Assembly: GCA_963846575.1 (NCBI GenBank)
Contig: CAWJWJ010000002.1
Span: 1,312,001 to 1,376,000, forward strand
DNA length: 64,000 nucleotides
Direction: 5' to 3'
DNA from: an uncultured Nitrospiraceae bacterium
GTDB lineage: Bacteria; Nitrospirota; Nitrospiria; Nitrospirales; Nitrospiraceae
In this document: positions 19,388 to 30,365 of the stretch, in pieces
How positions within the stretch are numbered: the stretch's first letter is position 1
How the letters are laid out: the number at the start of each line of letters is the position of its first letter
The notes under the pieces: model-generated
Told to the model about the DNA's origin: nothing
The model's database searches: none
What the model saw: only the letters and a program-made list of their open reading frames with translations
Position numbers and translations under genes: made by a program

Positions 19388-20872
19388 CTAGGACCGTCCG
19401 TCCGGTCGCCGCCCTTGCGCTTGCCGCGAGACGATCGCCTCGAAGATCTCTCCCGGAGCGACCGTGTCGTGCTCATTCATGACTCGATCATACAAATCCT
19501 CCGGCAGTACGCGCAGGACAGTCATGAGCGCATGAGGTGCTTCATGCCACATTGTACGCATGCCCTTCGCTTCCCGGCGACCCGTGATCTTCCTCAACTG
19601 GTCGGCTGTCCACTCCATGCCTTGCATTTTCTGCGGGTAGCCGGGCGTCCTCCAGGCCGGATTCTCAAAGTCCGGCGCGACCGGCGGCCGATCGGGACTG
19701 GAGTCCTGGTAACGCGATTCATTGGAGTGCGCTCGAATCCGCGGTCCCACCTGTTGGACCATATGATTCATCATGTGGTGCACCATATGGCAGTGAAAGA
19801 TCCAGTCGCCGGGATTGAATGCAATGAACTCGAAATCCTGCACCATCGCTACGCCGACCAGAGTGGTGTTCCGGGGACTCCACGCACTCGGGGGAATACG
19901 TCCGGCTTCGGTGCCGGTAAGCCAAAAGGTGTGCCCATGGAAATGAATCGGATGGTGCTGTATGGGGCTGAAGTCCAGCAGCCGCACCCGTACCCGCTCT
20001 CCATGCTTGCAGAGTAGGGGGGTCGTGTAAGGACCGCTCCGGCCGTTGATCGTGTGCCAGTTCCAATCGGTCCGCATGGAGTCCGGCGTCTCCGTGTTGG
20101 GCGAGATCCAGAAGTTCTGAAAGATCAAACAGAAGTCTCGATCCACAGGTGGGTCATAGGCCACGCGGGGATGGATGATTAAGAAACCCACCATCCCGAA
20201 GGCTTCCTGCATCGCAATATGCGAGTGGTAGAAGAAGGAACCGGCCTGATGGAGATCATATTCGTAGACATAGGTCCCACCGGGAGGGATCAGATCCTGA
20301 GTAAGCCCTGGCACCCCGTCGAACTGCACCGGTAGCTCCAACCCGTGCCAGTGTATGGTGGTTGGCTCCGGTAATTCGTTATGGATCACAAATCGAACCC
20401 GATCGCCTTGGAAGGCCTCGATGATCGGTCCCGGCATGCTTCCATTAAATCCCCATACATTGATCCAGCGGTCGGGCAAAAACTCTCGCCGAACGGAAGT
20501 TAACTGGAGGACAAACTCCTTGACTCCATTGACCATCTTCCAGGGGACCTTTTCAAGATCCGGGGTCTCCACCAATACCGGCTCCAGTCCGGATGGACGC
20601 AATCCGGGCACCAGCTTACCGAGATACTCGGCATGATCGGGCCCTCCCCCGAAGCTGGGATGAAAGCGGGAGTAGTGAGAGAATTCCGAACCCGCGGCAG
20701 TTGTCCCCGCCTCAGGGGACCGGGCCGGCTGCGTCGCTGTCGAGGATGTATCCGCCGCCGGCTCAGTCCCCTTCGATGAAGCGCGTGCGACCGTGCCGGG
20801 CACCAACAAGGATGACGCGGCTGCGAGTCCGGTCGTCAGGACCTGTCGTCTCGTCACATCTTTCTTTGGCAT
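19388..20872 (-). CDS. Tat-exported two-domain multicopper oxidase
   Basis: TRRQVL Tat motif, IHWHG, FYHSH, HPIHFHGH, WIFHCHMVHHMMN. Confidence 0.88.
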   Translation of the reverse strand: MPKKDVTRRQVLTTGLAAASSLLVPGTVARASSKGTEPAADTSSTATQPARSPEAGTTAAGSEFSHYSRFHPSFGGGPDHAEYLGKLVPGLRPSGLEPVLVETPDLEKVPWKMVNGVKEFVLQLTSVRREFLPDRWINVWGFNGSMPGPIIEAFQGDRVRFVIHNELPEPTTIHWHGLELPVQFDGVPGLTQDLIPPGGTYVYEYDLHQAGSFFYHSHIAMQEAFGMVGFLIIHPRVAYDPPVDRDFCLIFQNFWISPNTETPDSMRTDWNWHTINGRSGPYTTPLLCKHGERVRVRLLDFSPIQHHPIHFHGHTFWLTGTEAGRIPPSAWSPRNTTLVGVAMVQDFEFIAFNPGDWIFHCHMVHHMMNHMVQQVGPRIRAHSNESRYQDSSPDRPPVAPDFENPAWRTPGYPQKMQGMEWTADQLRKITGRREAKGMRTMWHEAPHALMTVLRVLPEDLYDRVMNEHDTVAPGEIFEAIVSRQAQGRRPDGRS

Positions 20873-20924
20873 AACACCTCCTCTCTCATTCGGTTCGCCT
20901 GCGCCGGGCTCTCCAGGACATCCC

Positions 20925-22439
20925 CTAGCGAGGCTTCGGCGTCGCATCGATATGTCCGCGCGGCGTAACACCGCCCGGTGCGGTCAGCCCATCGACCAAT
21001 AGTAACCCGTCAATGGTCACCTGGGCCGTCCGCCAGGCCATCAGCTGGTCCACATAGGCTAACCGGCGATTGGATAATTCCCGTTGCGCTTCCAACACGT
21101 CCGGCCAATGGAGCCGGTCTTCCCGATAACTCTTCAGTTGAGCCGCATAGCCGGCTTCGGCCTGTGGAAGCACAGTAGTTTGATAGGCCCGTACATGTTG
21201 AAGCGCCGTGAGGTATTTCTGGAATTGCTCGGCGAGGGAACGCCGTAACTGCAGCTCGACCAATTGCACCTGATGTTCCTGACGCCTCATGTCCGCTTTG
21301 GCCTGCAGCACCGTGCCTTGGTTCCAGTCGAAGATGGGCACTTCGATCCAGGCCCGAATTCCGCCGACGGTTTGGGATTCCGTATAGTTTCGTCCCACAT
21401 CGGCGCGCACGAACAGATTGGGAATGGGCTCGACCAGTTCACGCTGCACCTTGATCTGATCCGACTTGAGCAGCGCCTTAGCCTCTGCTAATTGGGGGCT
21501 ATGGGCCAGGATATTTTGCAGGGCCTCATCAAAGGTGAACCGGTGAAGGTCCCCTTCCAATTCGCCGACCAGCTGACCGGGTGGCAGTGAGCGTCCGACC
21601 ACCGTCGCCAGTTGCTCCCACTGCATGCGAAGCTCGTTGTCGGCCATTTGAGTAGAGAGCTCCTGGTCCTCCAGGACGACCCGCGCATGATGGAGATCCG
21701 CGCGGTTCGCTTGGCCGATGTTGAACATTTCCTGTACGGTGACCAGATTATCCTCGGCGGTCTTGAGGAGTTCTCGCTGAATCGCCGCGCGTCTCTGCAT
21801 ACCCAAGGCACGATAGTAATGGATTCGCACTCCATTCAGAACAACATGGACCTGTGCCGCAGCCTGAGCCTCCGACGCGGACACGCGGGCTTGATACTTT
21901 TCCTGGCTCAATCGCAACTTTCCTCCGGTCACGAATTTCTGTTGAATGAACCCGCCCTGAAACTCGCCCGCCGTCCCTTTCTGGCCCAGTTGGTCCGCCA
22001 CATATCCAAGGAGGGGATTCGGCCAAAGCCCAGCCTGTAAAGCTTTTCCCTTTTCGCCTTCGATCAATGCCACTGCTTGCATGAGCGTCGGATTGTGCTG
22101 CCGTGCCAAACGCTCAATGGTTCCTAAGGTTAAGGGCCCCCTAAGCGCCTCGTGTAGTTCCTCCTCGGCAGAGTCGTCCCTGGCATGCGGCTCTTCCAGC
22201 GTAGACAGGGGTTGAACCTCCTGATTCGAGGACATCGTTTCGGATCTGTGTGCCTGCTCAGGAATCTTCGGCAGGCCGGGTGAAGTGCACCCGATAAGCA
22301 CAAGAACTGTGAGCAAAATCAACGCAGTGCATTTTTTTGGTAAGTCCATCCAAATCGCGCACAGGGTCCTACAGGGTCTCTCTCTCGGCAATTGCCATGG
22401 ATGCTGATGTGAGGAAAGGTTAATCCCGTATCGGATCAT
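20925..22439 (-). CDS. TolC-family outer-membrane efflux lipoprotein
   Basis: LIGC lipobox, AGLWPNP, VPIFDWNQG; GGAGG RBS; start uncertain. Confidence 0.85.
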   Translation of the reverse strand: MIRYGINLSSHQHPWQLPRERPCRTLCAIWMDLPKKCTALILLTVLVLIGCTSPGLPKIPEQAHRSETMSSNQEVQPLSTLEEPHARDDSAEEELHEALRGPLTLGTIERLARQHNPTLMQAVALIEGEKGKALQAGLWPNPLLGYVADQLGQKGTAGEFQGGFIQQKFVTGGKLRLSQEKYQARVSASEAQAAAQVHVVLNGVRIHYYRALGMQRRAAIQRELLKTAEDNLVTVQEMFNIGQANRADLHHARVVLEDQELSTQMADNELRMQWEQLATVVGRSLPPGQLVGELEGDLHRFTFDEALQNILAHSPQLAEAKALLKSDQIKVQRELVEPIPNLFVRADVGRNYTESQTVGGIRAWIEVPIFDWNQGTVLQAKADMRRQEHQVQLVELQLRRSLAEQFQKYLTALQHVRAYQTTVLPQAEAGYAAQLKSYREDRLHWPDVLEAQRELSNRRLAYVDQLMAWRTAQVTIDGLLLVDGLTAPGGVTPRGHIDATPKPR

Positions 22440-23243
22440 GTGGTTCCTCCTTCTATAGGGCAATAGATCAGAAATTATTCGGGGATCAATTCACGTGCCG
22501 GTAGGTACGTCCAGAATTCTCATGAAAGAGTAGGCGCTGGATAATGTTACCAGCGGCAGTGTTCGGTCGGATCTGTCTGTGTTCATGCCGAGGATAGACC
22601 GCAAAGATGTTACGAGAAGTTTTAGAAAGTGATACTGGGGCAAGCCCTAGAAAACCCGATGTAACCTTCAAAGACTTCATTCGACGCCCGGTCTCCACCG
22701 CAGCCATTGGAGGAGAGCTTCTCCAACACAGTCTTACGAAGGCCACGGAACAGGTTCATACGGTTCGCAACGGAGAAAGCCCTCTCCCAGGATTCTAGTG
22801 GCTACTTCGCCATGCGATCATTGACTACTACCATTTCCCATACCACGGAGCAGAACCACCACGAACGCTTTCTGAAGGAGCTGAACGCCAGTGCGGGGGA
22901 TAACGAACCTTCTTTTTCCCGAGATTCCGTCGGGGAGTATGCGCATGCCTCAATCGCCTGTTGCCCGGGCTTCGACCAGTCTATGCGGAGGTACTCAGGC
23001 AGGTAGACTCACAAAGTGAACGAATCCAGGCAGTGGCAGAGGACCTTAAACATCGCTCCCAATAATCTCACTGTCCGTCTGCACCGCGCCCGTCAAGCTA
23101 TGCGGACGAGTCTCGAAGCCGTCTGCAGGGTTTGAGCGAAACATGGAAGCCTGCTTGCACGTGTGACTGAACTTGGTTTACAAGGGATAACCTAGACAAG
23201 AGCGTTGTCGAGAATCAAGCAGGATCCACTAGGAGAGGCCCTG

Positions 23244-23894
23244 ATGAGCGGCCCGGTTCCGAAGCTGCTGCCTAAAAAGGCTCTTGTAAGCACAAGTGAT
23301 GTCGACAAGGCGGAATGGAATTTTCAGCCACTCCTCGGTCCTCTGCACCGCCTTCGTTGGCAATTAGTTCTCTCCTTACTTCCTCAGAGACGGTTCCACC
23401 GCTTACTCGAAATCGGGTATGGGAGTGGAGTGTTCCTACCGGAACTGGCCCAGCACTGCGACGAGTTGCATGCCATTGATCAACACGCGAAGACGGAGGA
23501 AGTCGCACGCTCTTTAAGAGACCATCAGATTGAGGCCCACTTGCGTTCCGGAAGCGCTTTGGATCTTCCCTATGAGAGTGGCATGTTTGATTGTATTGTG
23601 GCCGTGAGTTGTTTGGAATACATGGACCCCTTTGAGCGAGCGGCTCAAGAGATCAGGAGGGTGCTGAAGAGGGATGGCTGTCTAGTATTTGTCACTCCCG
23701 GTAATTCGGCGGTCATCGACTTTGGGCACTATGTGTTAACCGGTTATCGGGCGAGGGAGCATTACGGTAATCGGCGAGACCATTTGGTTCCAACACTTCT
23801 CAAGACATTTGTATCGGAGGAGAAACTAACAGCGCCGCGTTTCTTCCCGCGCTTTTTGACGTTCTATCAGGGCTTCAGGTTCCGTCCGATTTAG
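23244..23894 (+). CDS. Class I SAM-dependent methyltransferase
   Basis: LLEIGYGSG, LPYESGMFDCI, EIRRVLKRDG. Confidence 0.85.
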   Translation: MSGPVPKLLPKKALVSTSDVDKAEWNFQPLLGPLHRLRWQLVLSLLPQRRFHRLLEIGYGSGVFLPELAQHCDELHAIDQHAKTEEVARSLRDHQIEAHLRSGSALDLPYESGMFDCIVAVSCLEYMDPFERAAQEIRRVLKRDGCLVFVTPGNSAVIDFGHYVLTGYRAREHYGNRRDHLVPTLLKTFVSEEKLTAPRFFPRFLTFYQGFRFRPI

Positions 23895-24353
23895 TGATCC
23901 TTTAGCTCAACGACTGTATTGAGAATTTGATATCCTTTCTCGGTTTGTAGTGCACAACCCGCAATGGCTCCGAGTGCCCTGAGGGGCGTATTCTGGGCGA
24001 AGGGAGTGCCTCTAACTGTCTGCCCTGCAATAGCTCTTGTCCTCTCTGGCTGCAAGAACGACTAGGCTTAGAAATGCCAATGCACACGAATATGATCCAG
24101 TGCAATCTACTATTGGGACTTGCATAAATACGGAGAGGTGAACTATGACAACGGAAAATACCGGTATCAGAAGAACATCGGTGTCTAAGGGCGGCTGCAT
24201 CGAGCTTTGCATGTTCGCTCATGTCTGGTTTGACTAGTCTAGAATAGTGCGAGGCGGTTAGGGAGCAGTCCTCTGATTGCCTCATTAGGTTGCTGAGTTT
24301 TCATCCAAATAGATTCACTTGAACCCGGGCGTGTCGCATGATAGCGTCGCGGA

Positions 24354-24677
24354 ATGACGAACAGGCCTTACATCTGCGGTCGGACTGCACTCGCTTTAGC
24401 CATTTTGCTGGCTCTCCAATTGACGGGGTTTTCCTGCCTATCCGAATGGGAAATAGGTAGCGCGTGGGCTGCCAATGCGCAAAGTTTGTATAGTATTGAG
24501 GCATCTCCGGCTGCACTGGAAGCACCGGATGGCTGCCCCTGTCACTTCTATTTCAGCCCCGTTGACATCGTTATTCCTGAACCCGTCTTCCCTCTCAACG
24601 GGACACAAGCTCCTCCTCCGACACAATACGCTCTTCGTTTTGGCAATTTACCTTTTCATCCTCCCCTTCAGTCCTAA
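24354..24677 (+). CDS. CzcI/DUF2946-like small exported leader protein
   Basis: Signal-like N-terminus, CPCH, Pro-rich, C-terminal FHPP; immediately upstream of czcC. Confidence 0.65.
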   Translation: MTNRPYICGRTALALAILLALQLTGFSCLSEWEIGSAWAANAQSLYSIEASPAALEAPDGCPCHFYFSPVDIVIPEPVFPLNGTQAPPPTQYALRFGNLPFHPPLQS

Positions 24678-24737
24678 GCTCCGTCTTTTGAAATAACTCA
24701 GCATTCGTTTAGTCCTAACTCATGGAGGGTCCACACC

Positions 24738-25991
24738 ATGTGGATGATCTATTTATTATTCATTGTGGCGACTTTTGCCCACACCCCTGCTACGGGTTTA
24801 GTTTCTGCCTCTGAACAATCACCAGAGTCTGTCTACAAGTTAGAAGATATTGTGCAGTTATCTCTCAAACACAACCCGGCAATCGCAGGCGCCGAAGCCC
24901 TTCTTGAACAAAGCGAAGGCCAACGCGTCACGGCGGGTGCTTATCTGAATCCTACTGTCACGGGCTCTGCGGGGCGGGGAGCGATCCGCGACCCCAGCAA
25001 TGGTATCACCGTTACTGAGCGTACGTTTACGGTTGAACAGCCAATAGAATGGCCAGGAAAACGTGCGGCTCGACAACGTGCTGCGGATGCCGGGCTAGCG
25101 GTCGCTTTGGCCGGCAAGGAGGAAACACGGGTAATCCTGCGGGCAGAGGCGAAAGCGGCCTTCTATCAAGTTTTGTTTGCCCAACAAGATGCGCAGCTCG
25201 CCAATCAAAATCTTAAGACAGTTACAGATCTCGTCAAATTAGTGGGCGCCAGAGTGAGTATTAAGGAAGCGCCAAAATTCGAATTGGTCAAAGCCACGGT
25301 AGAGCTTCAGAAATCCCGCAAGGATGTAGCACGCGCGGACAATGCGCTGCTCGTGGCTCGGGCCAAATTGAATACCGTGACGGGGAAGGTCCTAGGGGAA
25401 CGATTTGCAATTCAGGGCGAATTTGAAACAGCAAAAACCGAACTTGATCTACGTAGGCTAACCGAAGAAGCGGTAGATAGGCATCCCACCCTCCGCCGTC
25501 AACAAAAAGCCGTCGAACAAGCCGGTTTCTCCCTCGAACAAGAACGTGCCTCCCGTATCCCAAATGTGGCCGTTGTCGGGCAATATCACCGGGAAGCAGG
25601 CGATGAATCAGTCACGGCAGGGCTCAGTGTGCCGCTCCCCATTTGGTATCGACGGCAGGGAGAAATGGGCACCGCCATGGGAATCCAGCGACGAGCGCAA
25701 GCGGAACAAGTGCGCATGCAACAGGAATTAGAGCAAACCATTACACAGCATTTTCAGGAGGTGCAGACGGCGCAATCCCAAATAACAGTTTTCGAACAAG
25801 GTCTCCTCTATCAGGCCAAGGAGGCGCTTGATATTGCGCAGTTCAGTTTTCGGAATGGAGTCGCGAGTCTGCTAGAGGTGATTGACGCGCAGCGTGTGTA
25901 TCGCCAAACACTTCTAGAATATGCCCAGGCACGCGCTGATCATTCGATCGCATTCGCAAGGTTGGAACGTGCAGTGGGAGGCTTGCCATGA
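24738..25991 (+). CDS. czcC: Heavy-metal efflux outer-membrane factor
   Basis: TolC-like (AYLNP, LSVPLPIW, SLLEVIDAQR); first gene of CBA operon. Confidence 0.88.
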   Translation: MWMIYLLFIVATFAHTPATGLVSASEQSPESVYKLEDIVQLSLKHNPAIAGAEALLEQSEGQRVTAGAYLNPTVTGSAGRGAIRDPSNGITVTERTFTVEQPIEWPGKRAARQRAADAGLAVALAGKEETRVILRAEAKAAFYQVLFAQQDAQLANQNLKTVTDLVKLVGARVSIKEAPKFELVKATVELQKSRKDVARADNALLVARAKLNTVTGKVLGERFAIQGEFETAKTELDLRRLTEEAVDRHPTLRRQQKAVEQAGFSLEQERASRIPNVAVVGQYHREAGDESVTAGLSVPLPIWYRRQGEMGTAMGIQRRAQAEQVRMQQELEQTITQHFQEVQTAQSQITVFEQGLLYQAKEALDIAQFSFRNGVASLLEVIDAQRVYRQTLLEYAQARADHSIAFARLERAVGGLP

Positions 25992-27199
25992 TCGTCCGTT
26001 CGATGATCCTTCCATTGCCAATGACCCGCAAGCTTGGGTGTCTAATTCTATGTGCTATGACTTTCGGGGCTTGTGAACCCAAACATGAAGAGCCTTCTAA
26101 GTCTCCTGCTACTGCATCCTCTGCCCAACCAGGCGTCATCGAATTGCCGGTAGGCAATCCCACGATCCAACAGTTAGAGACCGACCAGGTGGCTATTCGT
26201 TTCATTCAACCGACCCTCAAGGCCCAAGGCGGAAAGGTTTTGGCCAATGACAATCGGTTGGCCCACCTGAGCGGTCGCGTGCCCGGACGTATTGTAGCCG
26301 TATATGCCAATCTGGGAGACCTAGTGAAGGAAGGCGAGCAACTACTGCTACTCGATAGCCCCGCGTTTGGAGAAGCTCAGCTAGAATACCGAAAGGCCAG
26401 GACGATGGCGGGTGTGACAAAGAAGTCGCTCGAACGGGCGCAGGCGCTGTTGGAGCGTGGCGCAATAGGAGCCGGCGAGTACCAACGACGTGAGGCAGAA
26501 TTTGAAAACGCCCGAGCTGATCTGCATGAAGCAGAAGAGAAGTTGCATCTGCTCGGTATGACCGAAAAGGAAATCGGACGGCTCGCAGCAAAGAAATTGC
26601 CTCATGCCGAGGTCGCCCAGGTCTCGTTGCGCGCCCCCTTTAACGGCGAAGTCATTGAGCGGAATGCCACTATCGGCGAAGTCGTTGATCCGAACAAAAC
26701 GTTATTCACCGTGGCCGACCTTTCGACAGTCTGGGTCCGAGCTGATTTTCCCGAACAGCAAGCAGCCCGTCTCAAAACTGGCCTCGACATCGAACTCAGG
26801 GTGTCTGCCTACCCTGATACGGTCTTTCATGGAACCATCAGCTATGTCGCGGCGGTCATCGACCCGACGACACGCACGGTCATGGCGCGTTCCGATGTCC
26901 AGAACCCTGACGGACGCCTCAGGCCTGAAATGTTTGCGGACATCACCTTGAAGACCGAGACAGAAGAGCTCCTGGCTGTGCCCCGCACGGCTGTTCAGCA
27001 AGTTGGGAGTCGCACGATCGTATTCGTCAGACGGGGACCGCGCCGTTTTGAAGCGCGTGACGTGACTGTCGGGGAATCCTTTGATCAGTACATCCAGATT
27101 AAGTCTGGACTTACCGCTGGCGAAAGCGTTGTCACGCGAGGGAGCTATGCGCTCAAGTCCGAATCCGTCCGTGGGCAGATGCCAGGAGGGTCGGAATGA
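25988..27199 (+). CDS. czcB: Heavy-metal efflux periplasmic adaptor
   Basis: LRAPFNG, VADLSTVWV, DPTTRT, LRPEMF. Confidence 0.9.
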   Translation: MIVRSMILPLPMTRKLGCLILCAMTFGACEPKHEEPSKSPATASSAQPGVIELPVGNPTIQQLETDQVAIRFIQPTLKAQGGKVLANDNRLAHLSGRVPGRIVAVYANLGDLVKEGEQLLLLDSPAFGEAQLEYRKARTMAGVTKKSLERAQALLERGAIGAGEYQRREAEFENARADLHEAEEKLHLLGMTEKEIGRLAAKKLPHAEVAQVSLRAPFNGEVIERNATIGEVVDPNKTLFTVADLSTVWVRADFPEQQAARLKTGLDIELRVSAYPDTVFHGTISYVAAVIDPTTRTVMARSDVQNPDGRLRPEMFADITLKTETEELLAVPRTAVQQVGSRTIVFVRRGPRRFEARDVTVGESFDQYIQIKSGLTAGESVVTRGSYALKSESVRGQMPGGSE

Positions 27200-30100
27200 T
27201 CGAACGGCTGATTCAAGGCTCGCTCAACCAACGGCTGATCGTCCTTATTGCGGTCGCGCTCTTGGTCGTTGGGGGCATCGCGGCCTTTCGCGTGTTACCG
27301 ATCGATGCCTTTCCGGATGTCACTCCCATTCAAGTCCAAGTCATCACTAGGGCTTCCTCTCTCGCCCCGACGGAAATCGAACGGTTGGTCACCTTCCCCC
27401 TTGAAATTGAGCTCACTAATCTGCCGGGAAAAACTGAACTGCGCTCGGTGTCTCGGTTTGGCTTGTCAGTGATTACCGTCGTCTTTCACGACAAGATAGA
27501 CGTGTATTTCGCCAGACAAGTGGTCTTAGAAAAACTGGTCCAGGCCAGATCTCGATTGCCTCAAGGAGCGGACACGGCGCTTGGTCCGGTCAGTACAGGG
27601 CTCGGTGAAGTCTACATGTACCTGGTCGATGGACCTTCCCACGACCTGATGCAGTTGCGCACGCTCCAGGATTGGCTGATCCGACCTATGCTGCGCGCTG
27701 TGTCTGGACTAGCAGACGTGGACACGTTGGGCGGTATGGCGAAGCAGTACGAGGTGCTTGTTGAGCCCAACCGACTGACCAGCCTGGGCCTTACCTTGCG
27801 CCAAGTCCATGCGGCGGTGCTCGGGAATAATCAAAATGCAGGAGGCAGCTACATCGAACAAGGTGGTGACAAACTGGTGGTCTACGGCGTGGGGCTGGCG
27901 CGTTCCGCTCATGACTTAGAGCAAATCGTCGTTTCAGCTCATAAGGGCACCCCGATTTATGTTCGAGACGTGGCGGAGGTTCGCCAAGGCGCTGCCATCC
28001 GGCTCGGCGCCGTCACTCGCGATGGAAAGGGAGAAGTGCTCGAAGGAATCGCGGTGATGTTACGCGGCGGCAATAGTCGTGAAGTCTTGTCGTCCGTAAA
28101 AGAGAAGGTGAAGTTGATCAATAGCGTGCTCCCCGCCGGCGTCACCATGACACCGTTTTATGATCGGATCGAGCTGGTCGCTCGGGCGTTGGATACTGTC
28201 GAACGCGCTTTGCTGGAAGGGGCAGCGGTGGTGATCCTGGTGCTCTATTTATTCCTGCGGAACCTTCGCGGGGCACTCGTGGTCGCCTTGACGTTGCCTC
28301 TGGCTACCACGGCCACTTTCATCATTATGCAGCAGGTTGGTCTCACCGCTAACCTAATGTCCTTGGGGGGTCTGGCTATCTCGCTCGGGATGATTGTGGA
28401 TGCTGCCATTGTGCAGGTGGAAAATGTTGAGCGCCACTTAGGAGAGCAAGTCCCAAGGCGAGGCATGACGCTGCGTGAACGTCTTCCTATCGTCTTGCGG
28501 GCTGTGCTGGAAGTCCGGCGTCCGAGTCTCTTCGGAGAGTTGATTATTGCCCTCACATTCGTGCCGTTGCTGACCCTACAGGGAATTGAAGGAAAAATGT
28601 TCGTTCCGCTGGCCATGACGGTCGTCATCGCGCTGTTGAGCTCCCTTGTGCTTTCTATGACGGTGATCCCAGTTTTGGCCCTCATGCTGATGCAGCCGCG
28701 AGGTACAACTGAGCCGACCCGCTTATTAGACAAGAGCAGGAGGATCTATCGCGGTATCCTAGAAGCCGCTATTCGTAACACCGCTCTGGTCATCACTGTT
28801 TTTGCCGGGCTGTTGGTTGGCGGATTAGCCTTACTTCCCTTCATTGGTCGTGAATTCGTGCCAATCATGGATGAGGGCACGATCGTCGTGAATTTGATGC
28901 GTCCTGCCAGTATCAGCCTCAGCGAATCGCTGAAAATTGCTGGCGAGGTGGAACGACTCCTCCTGGACATGCCTGACGTGCGTTCCGTGGTGTCGCGGAC
29001 CGGAGCCAATGAGTTGGGTACGGACCCCATGGGAATGGAGTTGAGCGACATGTATGTTCTGCTGAAACCTAACCGCGAGTGGCAAGCTAGGTCGAAAGGC
29101 GAGATTGAAGAGCAAATTCGTCAGCGACTTGGCCAAGTGCCTGGCGTGACCTTCGGTCTGTCACAACCCATTGCGATGCGTGTTGATGAATTGGTCTCGG
29201 GCGTACGATCACAGGTGGCGGTGAAACTATTTGGGGATGATCTAGAAACCTTACGTACGAAGGGCGATGAGATTGCACGCGTGCTCGGTCAAGTACGGGG
29301 GATTTCTGATATCCGCGTCGAGCAGGTCTCGGGCCTGTATTATCTAAAGATCGATATCGATCGGACCAAAATTGCCCGCCACGGCATTAATGTCGCAGAA
29401 ATCACAGAGGTGATTGAGGCGGTCGGCGCAGGTCTCGCCGCTGGAGAAATCTTTGAGGGGCAGTGGCGCTTCCCTATCATGGTTCGCTTTCCGGATGAGC
29501 GCCGAGTCGATGTGGCAACCATCGCGGCGTTATGGGTGACCGCGCCTGACGGGTCCCGGATTCCATTGAAGGAATTAGCTGACGTTCGCATTGTAGAAGG
29601 TCCAGCGCAGATTAGCCGTGAACACGCTAGTCGCCGGATTGTCATTGAACTCAATGTTGTAGGTCGCGATTTAGTCGGCGCTGTAGAGGAGGCGCAATCA
29701 GCCGTGGGTCGCCTCGTGTCGCTTTCGCCCGGCTATTATGTGACGTGGGGAGGCCAGTTTGAAAATCAACGTCGAGCCATGGCTCGCCTTGTTGTCGTGG
29801 TGCCGGCAGTCTTCGGGCTGATTTTTCTACTACTTTTCTTCACCTTCCGAAAGATTAAGCAGGCGGCACTCATCCTACTTGCTATTCCATTCGCCATGGT
29901 CGGAGGCTTGCTCGCGCTTTTTCTCACGGGTATGTACCTCTCGGTGCCAGCCTCAGTGGGCTTCATTGCCTTGTTCGGTATTGCGGTCCTGAATGGTGTC
30001 GTAAAAGTATCGTATATCAACCAGCTTCGAGAGCAGGGAATGCCCTTGAAGGAGGCGGTTCTATCAGGGATGGTATTGCGATTTCGTCCGGTGTTAATGA

Positions 30101-30342
30101 CGGCACTCGTCGCCGCGCTAGGATTAACTCCCCTTCTTTTGGCGAGCGGTCCTGGCTCAGAGGTTCAACGCCCACTCGCGACCGTCGTGATCGGCGGACT
30201 GATCTCATCAACCGTCCTGACGCTTATCCTGCTTCCAGTTCTCTATCACTGGCTTGAAAACCGAACCGAAGAATCGAGTGACCATCTACCGGAAAGCTCT
30301 CCTTCGACAACTCCCGTTGCTACGCCAGGAAATGCTGGTTAG
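27196..30342 (+). CDS. czcA: CusA/CzcA-family HME-RND pump
   Basis: LPIDAFPDVTPIQVQV, ANLMSLGG, GMIVDAAIVQVEN, GSEVQRPLATVVIGG. Confidence 0.93.
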   Translation: MIERLIQGSLNQRLIVLIAVALLVVGGIAAFRVLPIDAFPDVTPIQVQVITRASSLAPTEIERLVTFPLEIELTNLPGKTELRSVSRFGLSVITVVFHDKIDVYFARQVVLEKLVQARSRLPQGADTALGPVSTGLGEVYMYLVDGPSHDLMQLRTLQDWLIRPMLRAVSGLADVDTLGGMAKQYEVLVEPNRLTSLGLTLRQVHAAVLGNNQNAGGSYIEQGGDKLVVYGVGLARSAHDLEQIVVSAHKGTPIYVRDVAEVRQGAAIRLGAVTRDGKGEVLEGIAVMLRGGNSREVLSSVKEKVKLINSVLPAGVTMTPFYDRIELVARALDTVERALLEGAAVVILVLYLFLRNLRGALVVALTLPLATTATFIIMQQVGLTANLMSLGGLAISLGMIVDAAIVQVENVERHLGEQVPRRGMTLRERLPIVLRAVLEVRRPSLFGELIIALTFVPLLTLQGIEGKMFVPLAMTVVIALLSSLVLSMTVIPVLALMLMQPRGTTEPTRLLDKSRRIYRGILEAAIRNTALVITVFAGLLVGGLALLPFIGREFVPIMDEGTIVVNLMRPASISLSESLKIAGEVERLLLDMPDVRSVVSRTGANELGTDPMGMELSDMYVLLKPNREWQARSKGEIEEQIRQRLGQVPGVTFGLSQPIAMRVDELVSGVRSQVAVKLFGDDLETLRTKGDEIARVLGQVRGISDIRVEQVSGLYYLKIDIDRTKIARHGINVAEITEVIEAVGAGLAAGEIFEGQWRFPIMVRFPDERRVDVATIAALWVTAPDGSRIPLKELADVRIVEGPAQISREHASRRIVIELNVVGRDLVGAVEEAQSAVGRLVSLSPGYYVTWGGQFENQRRAMARLVVVVPAVFGLIFLLLFFTFRKIKQAALILLAIPFAMVGGLLALFLTGMYLSVPASVGFIALFGIAVLNGVVKVSYINQLREQGMPLKEAVLSGMVLRFRPVLMTALVAALGLTPLLLASGPGSEVQRPLATVVIGGLISSTVLTLILLPVLYHWLENRTEESSDHLPESSPSTTPVATPGNAG

Positions 30343-30365
30343 GGCCACTCTAGAGAAAGGCGACT

